DNA from: an uncultured Gammaproteobacteria bacterium
GTDB lineage: Bacteria; Patescibacteriota; Patescibacteriia; Patescibacteriales; UBA12465
Direction of reading: 5' to 3'
DNA length: 26,679 bases
Assembly (NCBI GenBank): GCA_964643165.1
Contig: CAZXPO010000001.1
Coordinates: 1-26,679, forward strand
This document shows, one piece after another, positions 1 through 7,152 of the stretch. The stretch's first letter is position 1; the number at the start of each line of letters is the position of its first letter. A program made the translations under genes and the position numbers. A model generated the notes under the pieces. The model did not search any database and was not told where the DNA came from. It was given only the letters and a program-made list of their open reading frames with translations.

Positions 1-586
1 AAATCTTGTTATCCAAACCGCAAAGACCGTCATTTGGCTGGCAAACTCCCAAATCCGAACTGCCGTTGCAACTAATCGGCGTGGAAGTGGAGTGAGTACA
101 ATCAGACCCAACACAAGAAGAAATTCCATTATTACAAACTGTGCGCCCATTACAAAGACAAGGTGCACCAGCAACACAAGTTGTCCCAGGATTGTTGGGA
201 TCGTTCGGATTGTTATTGCCAGTGCCAATAAATTGAGTAATCACAAAATAAGCAATACCCCAAGCTGACAAAATAATTGCCAAACCAATTAATCCTCCTT
301 TGAGAATTTTTTTGGCTTTATCAATTTCGGTTTCATTGCCATTACTTTTCATCCAGACAAAACCACCATACAGAATAATACAAACCGCCAAAATCCCTAC
401 GAAAGTTAAAACTAAATTAATAATTCTAATTGCCGCCGCTTGAGGATTAGTATCAGACAAGTTGATATTATTACCAACTTTATCCAACCCCACATCAACC
501 GGGGTGCCGGCCAAAACAACATTCCCCACACAAAAGACGGCCGTGAAGAAAAAAACGATAAATAAAATTCTTTTAAATTTTTTCAT
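1..586 (-). CDS. Pilin-like (VirB2/TrbC-type N-terminal domain) Cys-rich surface protein, 5' part only; runs off the window edge
   Basis: Not in the ORF track because truncated. Hand translation from ATG at 586 is open to position 2: MKKFKRILFIVFFFTAVFCVGNVVLA-GTPVDVGLDKVGNNINLSDTNPQAAAIRIINLVLTFVGILAVCIILYGGFVWMKSNGNETEIDKAKKILKGGLIGLAIILSAWGIAYFVITQF, then a Cys-rich stretch. Clearly paralogous to the N-terminus of 607..3198. Confidence 0.9.
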   Translation of the reverse strand, partial: MKKFKRILFIVFFFTAVFCVGNVVLAGTPVDVGLDKVGNNINLSDTNPQAAAIRIINLVLTFVGILAVCIILYGGFVWMKSNGNETEIDKAKKILKGGLIGLAIILSAWGIAYFVITQFIGTGNNNPNDPNNPGTTCVAGAPCLCNGRTVCNNGISSCVGSDCTHSTSTPISCNGSSDLGVCQPNDGLCGLDNKI

Positions 587-606
587 AAAAATAAAAAGCT
601 GGAAAA

Positions 607-3198
607 TTATCGACAGTTGCCTGCTGCATCCAAACCAGATTCATTGCTAGTCGGCGAACCAAAACAGCAAGAAGGACTGGAGGCAGTAGCGCTGCATTCA
701 ATGCTTCCGCTTGGACGGAAACAATTTTGATAAATATCGCGAACACCAGAACCGGTTTGAGCATTAAAGGCGCTGGCGGACGAAAATACTGAATGGTTAA
801 TTTTGATATTAGTTTTTGGCACTCCATTATCAGAAAGAAAATTATCGGAAGAAATCCAATAACCAACTGGCTGACCAAAACTAAGAATATTAATAAATTT
901 GTGAGTAGCATCACTTTTGCCGTTATTAATCGTCTTAGCACCAGTGATCAAACTGGAATTTAACATCAAACGATCGAAAGAAAGTGAAACGGGAGTGTTC
1001 AAATCAGCACCGCTAGTGTCGTTTGTTGGCGAGATGGAAGTAATGGTTGGTGCACTGGAAATAATCTTGTCACTAACGAAAAATGACCATTGAAAATTAT
1101 CTTTACCGATTGAGTTGGTGGCGTTTTCATCAAAGATGCTTTGTGGACCATCAGCATAGGTGTCACGATTACCATCAAAAGAATTACCAGAAGCATCAAC
1201 AATTCCCTTGAAAGATAAAACGTCAGCGGCTGGATAAAATTTTCCAGAAGGATTAGCGCAGGCTTTGGCATTCAAAAGATTACTGCAACTATTAAATGGA
1301 TTTTTTATACTACAGTCATTATTGTCATTATTGTTATTGCAATTTTCCAGATTGGCGGCAATCAAAACAACTTTTAATTCTGATTTTCTTGGTAAGCAAT
1401 AAATTTTTTCACCGCAACCATTTACGGCGCATTCATCATTTGATAAAAATTCCAAAGTTTTGTAGTCGCTGGATAAAACAAATTTTCCAGAAACTGGCTT
1501 GTTGTCGGCTTTGTTAACAACTTGGATAGTGCTGCTAACATAGTCAGCTGGACCAGTAATACTTAATGGATTAAGTTCTTTACTAAAATTGATTTGAATT
1601 GCTGAGTTCATTGGCTGATCCGGGTTTCCCCTAGGAGACAAGGCTTCACTGCCATCTTCGCCACCCGAAAAAGGAGTAATCAAAACAGCGTCAGGGCGAG
1701 CAGAATAAATTGATAGATTATTTTGCGCACCAGGCTTGGCGGTGATGATAATTTCTCCGCCTTTTTCTTCGATATCTTTAAAAATTTTTGAAGCTGTTAA
1801 TTCATTAATAATCTTGGCGTTTGCTGCACTCACTGAAAGATTGTTTGGGAAAGAAATAGTTTTTTCACCAATCACTAATTGATCAGCTGGATGAGGTTTG
1901 TTGACGGTGACCTCCCAAGAACTACCAGCAATAATATTATTAATTTTGAAACTAAAAAAATTAGGGAAATTAATAAAATATTCATTACCCTGTTTTGTTG
2001 GTTCTCCAGCACCAATTGTTTTGTTTTTTATTTTGTCAAAAAGAATAAAAGCATTGCCAGAATCAACCGTCACTGAAAAAACATCACTTGTTGAACTGGA
2101 TATTTCTTGATAGTTGGCGCTCATGGTAAAAGAATTTTTATCAATATTTTCTGAGTTGCCAATATTTTTAACTGCGAAGCTAGCACTTCGTGCTGGACCG
2201 AGAGCTCTTAAAACTTTGATTTTGCCAACTGCCGATTTACCTTCTACTGACTGATAGCTATCCTGTTCATTGTCTATCGGAGGAAAGACTCCATTTTTAA
2301 TGATCATTGGCGGAACCAAATCAATCAAGCCATTAACAGAAAACCCCCACTCCAAATAAGCCGGCTGGCAACGATTAAAAATATTTTCGTTTTGCAAATT
2401 TTTTACTTCTCCGGTCAATTTGACAACATAAGATACCGAAGTATTAGCTTCGCCTAAGTATTCTTTTGGCAAAATAACAATTGTTTTTTTGTCATAAGAC
2501 AGGCCAACGGTTGCATTGGTTAAGTTGGTGTTATTATTATTACAACCAGAATCACCACAAGCATTTCCAGTGTCTTTTTTGAAAATTTGGATTGCGGTCG
2601 GATTAAGCTGATTGCATTGATCTGAACAAGCGCAAGGACCACTCGCATCGCGGCAAATTGATTCTGGAGAAACTTCTTCCTTAAAAGTGATCATAATGGA
2701 AGAATTCCTCGGAACATTTGATTTTTCAGCACTCGGATAAAAATTTTCCACCACACAAGCACCAACCGCACCCAAGCCAATTTGGTAGTTTTGTGATTGT
2801 CTGGAAGAACTATTAATTCCGCTAGGGCTGCCGCTACCAGTTAGTTGGCGCAAAATAAAAGCAGCGATTCCCCAAGAAGATAAAATAATAATTAAACCGA
2901 TTAAGGCATTCTTCAGAATTTTTTTGGCAGTTTTTATTTTGTCTTCGTTGCCATTGCTGGTCATCCAAACAAAACCACCATAGATTACCAAGGAAACCGC
3001 AATAATGCCAAGGAACATCAAAAAGATATTGATTATTCTCACCGCCATCACAATTGGATTGGTGTTGCTTAAAATAATATTTTCATCAATCTTGTCCAAA
3101 CCAGTTTCGACGGGAGTTCCGGCTGAAACAAAGGCAGCTGGCAACAAAAAAGCAATTGTAATCAGAAAACTGGCTAACAATTTAAAGCGTTTTTTCAT
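607..3198 (-). CDS. Large surface protein (863 aa): signal peptide, VirB2/TrbC-like pilin core, three Ig-like (Big_5-type) domains with Cys-rich inserts
   Basis: Start moved from 3309 to ATG 3198 (MKKRFKLL...AFVSA-GTP) by alignment with the paralogue at 586. Pilin-like motif IYGGFVWMTSNGNEDKIKTAKKILKNALIGLIII; Ig-like starts FYPSAEKSNVPRNSSIMITF, DQPMNSAIQINFSKELNP, SISPTNDTSGADLNTPVSLSFD. Confidence 0.85.
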   Translation of the reverse strand: MKKRFKLLASFLITIAFLLPAAFVSAGTPVETGLDKIDENIILSNTNPIVMAVRIINIFLMFLGIIAVSLVIYGGFVWMTSNGNEDKIKTAKKILKNALIGLIIILSSWGIAAFILRQLTGSGSPSGINSSSRQSQNYQIGLGAVGACVVENFYPSAEKSNVPRNSSIMITFKEEVSPESICRDASGPCACSDQCNQLNPTAIQIFKKDTGNACGDSGCNNNNTNLTNATVGLSYDKKTIVILPKEYLGEANTSVSYVVKLTGEVKNLQNENIFNRCQPAYLEWGFSVNGLIDLVPPMIIKNGVFPPIDNEQDSYQSVEGKSAVGKIKVLRALGPARSASFAVKNIGNSENIDKNSFTMSANYQEISSSTSDVFSVTVDSGNAFILFDKIKNKTIGAGEPTKQGNEYFINFPNFFSFKINNIIAGSSWEVTVNKPHPADQLVIGEKTISFPNNLSVSAANAKIINELTASKIFKDIEEKGGEIIITAKPGAQNNLSIYSARPDAVLITPFSGGEDGSEALSPRGNPDQPMNSAIQINFSKELNPLSITGPADYVSSTIQVVNKADNKPVSGKFVLSSDYKTLEFLSNDECAVNGCGEKIYCLPRKSELKVVLIAANLENCNNNNDNNDCSIKNPFNSCSNLLNAKACANPSGKFYPAADVLSFKGIVDASGNSFDGNRDTYADGPQSIFDENATNSIGKDNFQWSFFVSDKIISSAPTITSISPTNDTSGADLNTPVSLSFDRLMLNSSLITGAKTINNGKSDATHKFINILSFGQPVGYWISSDNFLSDNGVPKTNIKINHSVFSSASAFNAQTGSGVRDIYQNCFRPSGSIECSATASSPSCCFGSPTSNESGLDAAGNCR

Positions 3199-3235
3199 GA
3201 GAATAATTTTCGGAAAAATTAATTCCGAGTTAGTA

Positions 3236-3264
3236 AATATTGATCTTTTCTTTTTGACGGTCAA
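3236..3264 (-). promoter_or_regulatory. Possible sigma70 promoter for the pilin-like genes
   Basis: Minus strand TTGACC-N17-AATATT; -10 matches only 4/6. Confidence 0.4.
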
Positions 3265-3282
3265 GCATTTTTGGGCTATAAT
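3254..3282 (+). promoter_or_regulatory. sigma70 promoter for relA/spoT
   Basis: TTGACG (3254-3259)-N17-TATAAT (3277-3282), 68 nt before the ATG. Confidence 0.8.
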
Positions 3283-3350
3283 TTGGTAGTAGAAAAAAGC
3301 TTGATACACAGATTTATTTTAACATAAAAATTTAAATTAGTGAAACAAAA

Positions 3351-4820
3351 ATGACCATTGATCGCGTCATCAAAAAATTTAATGATAACAACCCCGACAT
3401 TGATGCTAGTGTCTTGTATTTGGCTTATGATTTTGCTGAAAAAGCTCATCAGGGACAATTGCGTAAAAGCGGCGATTCATACATTACTCACCCTCTTCAT
3501 GTTGCTTATTTACTAGCCGAAATGAAAGCTGATTTAGCAACCATCACCGCTGGAGTTATTCATGACGTCCCAGAAGATACCGATAGAACAATTGAAGAAA
3601 TAAAAGAAAATTTCGGCTCAGAAGTTGCAAACCTAGTAAAAGGCGTGACCAAATTAGGAAAAATCAAATATCGCGGCTTGGAAAGATATCGTGAAAACTT
3701 AAAAAAAATGTTTTTGGCAATGGCGACTGACATTAGAGTGGTTTTTATAAAATTTTGCGACCGTCTACACAATCTCAGAACCCTAGATTATTTGGCGCCA
3801 GAAAAACAACAGCGAATTGCCAAAGAAACCCTGGAAATATATGCACCAATTGCTGGCATTTTAGGAATCTGGCGTCTCAAGTGGCAAATGGAAGATTTGT
3901 GTTTCAAATTTCTCTATCCAGAAGAGTTCAACAAGTTAGAATACAAATACGAAGTTGAAAAAAAGGCTGAAAGAAATAATTTTTTTAACATCATCAAAAA
4001 AATTCTTACACCGCAACTGAAAGATGCTGAAATAAAAAATGAAATTGAAGTCAGATTCAAGCATCTTTATAGTATTTACCAAAAAATGAAAAATAAAGAG
4101 CGGAATTTTGATGAGATTTATGATGTTTTTGCTCTGAGAATAATTGTCGAAAATATTAATGATTGCTACAAAACCCTTGGTATTATTCACACCATTTGGA
4201 AACCAAAACCAAATCGCTTCAAAGATTATATCGCTGTACCAAAACCAAACGGCTATCGCAGTCTCCACACCACCATTTTCGGTCCGGAAGGAAAATTGGT
4301 GGAATTTCAAATTAGAACCAAAGAAATGCACGAAGAATCCATTTATGGTTTGTCAGCTCATTGGTATTACAAAGCTAAACGACAAGAAGATATCAAAAAT
4401 CAACCAGCTTGGATCAAAGAAATTATTGATATTCAAAAAGAAATCAATGACACCAACGATTTTGTCAAAAAAATACAATTAGATGTTTTTAATGACCGAA
4501 TTTTTGTCTTTTCGCCAAAAGGAGATGTTATTGAATTGCCGGAAGGAGCAACTGCAATTGATTATGCTTATGCCATTCACAGCAAAATCGGCAATAGCGC
4601 CGTGAGAGCGATGGTGAATGAAAAGATTTCTCGTCTTGATCAAAAATTAAAAAATAGTGATGTTGTAGAAATTATCACCGAAAAAAACAAAAATCACCCA
4701 AGTAAAGATTGGCTAAAATTTGCCAAAACAAAAAAAGCAAGGGATTCAATTAAGCAACACGCCAAAAAATCAACTTTTGAAAGCATCAAAAAATATATTC
4801 CAGGGATTGGTAAAAAATAA
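3351..4820 (+). CDS. relA: RelA/SpoT homologue ((p)ppGpp hydrolase/synthetase): HD + synthetase + TGS, lacking distal C-terminal domains
   Basis: RKSGDSYITHP, IHDVPEDT (HD), YDVFALRI, RFKDYIAVPKPNGYRSLHT, EFQIRT, TGS motif FSPKGDVIELPEGATAIDYAYAIHS. Confidence 0.95.
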   Translation: MTIDRVIKKFNDNNPDIDASVLYLAYDFAEKAHQGQLRKSGDSYITHPLHVAYLLAEMKADLATITAGVIHDVPEDTDRTIEEIKENFGSEVANLVKGVTKLGKIKYRGLERYRENLKKMFLAMATDIRVVFIKFCDRLHNLRTLDYLAPEKQQRIAKETLEIYAPIAGILGIWRLKWQMEDLCFKFLYPEEFNKLEYKYEVEKKAERNNFFNIIKKILTPQLKDAEIKNEIEVRFKHLYSIYQKMKNKERNFDEIYDVFALRIIVENINDCYKTLGIIHTIWKPKPNRFKDYIAVPKPNGYRSLHTTIFGPEGKLVEFQIRTKEMHEESIYGLSAHWYYKAKRQEDIKNQPAWIKEIIDIQKEINDTNDFVKKIQLDVFNDRIFVFSPKGDVIELPEGATAIDYAYAIHSKIGNSAVRAMVNEKISRLDQKLKNSDVVEIITEKNKNHPSKDWLKFAKTKKARDSIKQHAKKSTFESIKKYIPGIGKK

Positions 4821-4821
4821 C

Positions 4822-4851
4822 AAAAAAGACTCCCGAAAGGAGTCTTTTTTT
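4822..4851. terminator. Bidirectional intrinsic terminator between convergent relA and rpsU
   Basis: AAAAAAGACTCC-CGAAA-GGAGTCTTTTTTT, with a T-tract on both strands. Confidence 0.9.
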
Positions 4852-4869
4852 ATTTTGAAAAATAAAAGA

Positions 4870-5109
4870 TTAACGATTATTATTCATCTGAGTTTCTTCT
4901 AATTTGCCAGTCTTACGTAAAAATTCTTTTTCTTTGCTAAGCTTGATGCTTGTCAAAGCGGAAATTTTTAGTTGGCGTTTGTTTTTTTTCGGTTTCAAGT
5001 GTTGAATAGAGCGAGCCTTCTCGAGCCTCTTACTATTTTTCAAGCCTTTTTTGAATTTTCTCAAAAAACTTTCGAAACTTTCACCAGGTTTTCTTTTAAA
5101 ATCAGCCAT
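4870..5109 (-). CDS. rpsU: 30S ribosomal protein bS21 (79 aa, extended C-terminus)
   Basis: KRKPGESFESFLRKFKK N-terminal pattern, highly basic. ATG 5109 chosen over GTG 5118 because that GTG lies inside the SD. Confidence 0.85.
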   Translation of the reverse strand: MADFKRKPGESFESFLRKFKKGLKNSKRLEKARSIQHLKPKKNKRQLKISALTSIKLSKEKEFLRKTGKLEETQMNNNR

Positions 5110-5115
5110 AAAATC

Positions 5116-5125
5116 CACCTCCCTT
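5116..5125 (-). promoter_or_regulatory. Very strong Shine-Dalgarno site of rpsU
   Basis: Minus strand TAG-AAAGGGAGGTG-GATTTT-ATG; GGAGGTG ends 6 nt before the ATG. Confidence 0.9.
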
Positions 5126-5126
5126 T

Positions 5127-6533
5127 CTAAGTATGTTTAATAATATTTATTAACTTGCTTTCATTATTGCTTAAATCTATTTTTTTTGCAAGTTTTTCCC
5201 TTATTTTTTTGATCGGCACAATTTCTTGAACCGTTGAATCCATATCGCGCATCAAAATAGTTTCATCCATTACTTCTTTTTTTCCCATTATTAGGGAAAT
5301 TTTTGCCTTAATTCGTACTGCTTCTTCCATTTGGGTTTTTAGGCTGTCTGTAGAAAAAGATTGGCGAATTTTGAAACCGGCTTGGCGTAATTCATCGAAT
5401 AATTGCAAAGATTTTAACTTAGCAACATCGCTTAGTTGAGCAATAAATACCAAATTGTCTTCAGTTCCTGGCAAAGGATAGTGATGATCACGCATTTTGT
5501 TGGCAGTTCTTTCCAAACCAATTGCCAAGCCAACCGCCGGAGATGATTTTCCTCCCATATTTTCCACCAAAGAATCAAAGCGACCGCCGCCAGCTAAGGC
5601 ATATTTTCCTTGAGCAACGCCAGCGTCATTGACTGGCCAGAATTCAAATACTGTATCGTTGTAATAGTTTAGGCCACGAACCAAGAAAGGATTAAAATTA
5701 TATGGAATATCTAATTCATCCAAGTATTCACAAACTTTTTTGAAGTGATCACGGCTTTCTTCTGACCAAAAATCGGCAATTTGCGGTGCTTCTTCACGTA
5801 ATTTGACGCAAGATTCTTCTTTGCAGTCCAAAAGACTGAGAATGTTTTTTAATAAATTAATTTTGCAATGGTGGCAAACTTTGGAACGGCGACCGCGTTC
5901 ACGATAGAAAGCAGCTAATTTGTGCCCATATTCCTTGCGGCACTCAGATCCACCCAAACTATTGATTTGTACTTGAATATTTATTCCCAAATCTTTGAAA
6001 AAATGATAAGCCAAACTAATCACCATCGCTTCCGCAATCGGTTTTTTGTCTTTGATAATTTCTATTTCAAATTGAGTGAATTGACGTTGGGAATTGTTTT
6101 GTAATTTTTCATTACGAAAAACCGAACCGATTGAAAAAACTCTCAAAGGTGTTTCAACTTCATCCAATTTTTGCTCAATGTAATGACGAATAATCCCCTG
6201 GGTCAACTCGGGACGCAAACACATTCTTTCATTTTTTTCACCAGCTAAAGCATATAACTCTTTTTCCTTAGTAATTCTGGTGCTTTTTTTGTATAAGTCA
6301 ATGTTTTCCAAAACTGGCGTTTCTAAATGCTTAAAACCATAACAAGCACAAAGCTCTTCTGCCTTGCAGCGAGCAATATCAAAATATTCGCTATCAGCAA
6401 TAGAATAATCTTTCATGCCAAACATTCTGGCATAACTTTTTTGAATCCTTCTTTCTGGCTTCTTAGCTAATTCCGGTTTTGCTGCCGAATGGTGACCGAC
6501 AGAATTAGTCTTTTTTTCTTTGGCTTTTTGCAT
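5127..6533 (-). CDS. hisS: Histidyl-tRNA synthetase family protein with divergent catalytic motifs
   Basis: ETPVLE, LRPELT, FRNE..Q....RQFTQ, LVRGLNYY, GGGRFD...MGG...PAVGLAIGLER and a C-terminal anticodon-binding domain. Family is certain; activity is not. Confidence 0.85.
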   Translation of the reverse strand: MQKAKEKKTNSVGHHSAAKPELAKKPERRIQKSYARMFGMKDYSIADSEYFDIARCKAEELCACYGFKHLETPVLENIDLYKKSTRITKEKELYALAGEKNERMCLRPELTQGIIRHYIEQKLDEVETPLRVFSIGSVFRNEKLQNNSQRQFTQFEIEIIKDKKPIAEAMVISLAYHFFKDLGINIQVQINSLGGSECRKEYGHKLAAFYRERGRRSKVCHHCKINLLKNILSLLDCKEESCVKLREEAPQIADFWSEESRDHFKKVCEYLDELDIPYNFNPFLVRGLNYYNDTVFEFWPVNDAGVAQGKYALAGGGRFDSLVENMGGKSSPAVGLAIGLERTANKMRDHHYPLPGTEDNLVFIAQLSDVAKLKSLQLFDELRQAGFKIRQSFSTDSLKTQMEEAVRIKAKISLIMGKKEVMDETILMRDMDSTVQEIVPIKKIREKLAKKIDLSNNESKLINIIKHT

Positions 6534-6537
6534 ATTT

Positions 6538-7107
6538 TTAATATTTAGGCGCTTGAGTAAATAAAGCTATTTTATTTAAAGGCAAGCCGCGCAACAATAC
6601 TTTGCCAACCACAAAACTTTTGTCGATTGGACCAAATGATCTTGAATCCTTGGAAAACATGCGGTTGTCTCCCAAAACAAAATATTGTTTATCGCTAATG
6701 TTTATTTTTTCGCTTTCACGGATTCCGTTAGGCAAGGTTTTAGTGTCTGCTGACAAATAACTTTCATCAAGCTTCCAGCCATCTGGATGGGATTCATTGT
6801 AAATATAAACTCTTCCATTTTTGATTTGCACCGCTTCACCAGGCAAAGCAATTATTCTTTTGATAAAATATTCCTGCGGATCTTCTGGATAACGAAAAAC
6901 CACTATTTGCCCGCGTTGCGGTTCGCTAAAACGATAAGAAATTTCATCAACGATCAAATATTCACGATCATGAAAATTCGGCACCATTGATTCTCCCTTA
7001 ACATAAAAAGGGATAATCAAAAAGTAACGGATTGGTACAATAATCGCAATGGTGATAATCGCCACCTTGACCAGCTCCCAAACATATAGAACCGCTTTTT
7101 TAAACAT
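6538..7107 (-). CDS. lepB: Signal peptidase I
   Basis: N-terminal TM, GESMVPNF (catalytic Ser), FIKRIIALPGE (catalytic Lys), GDNRMFSKDSRSFG. Confidence 0.97.
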   Translation of the reverse strand: MFKKAVLYVWELVKVAIITIAIIVPIRYFLIIPFYVKGESMVPNFHDREYLIVDEISYRFSEPQRGQIVVFRYPEDPQEYFIKRIIALPGEAVQIKNGRVYIYNESHPDGWKLDESYLSADTKTLPNGIRESEKINISDKQYFVLGDNRMFSKDSRSFGPIDKSFVVGKVLLRGLPLNKIALFTQAPKY

Positions 7108-7152
7108 AAATAAATAATAAAAAAATTTTGGCTGCTTAACCTTTTAAGTCTA

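Noticed and set aside
3199-3309. ORF-track N-terminal extension of the pilin-fusion protein (start 3309)
   Set aside because: It runs through the divergent promoter region; the paralogue and the signal peptide both start at MKK (3198).
5110-5118. GTG start for rpsU at 5118
   Set aside because: This GTG is part of the SD; ATG 5109 is at optimal spacing.
5127-6533. Calling the HisRS-like gene hisZ
   Set aside because: HisZ lacks the anticodon-binding domain, which is present here, and no his biosynthesis genes are adjacent.
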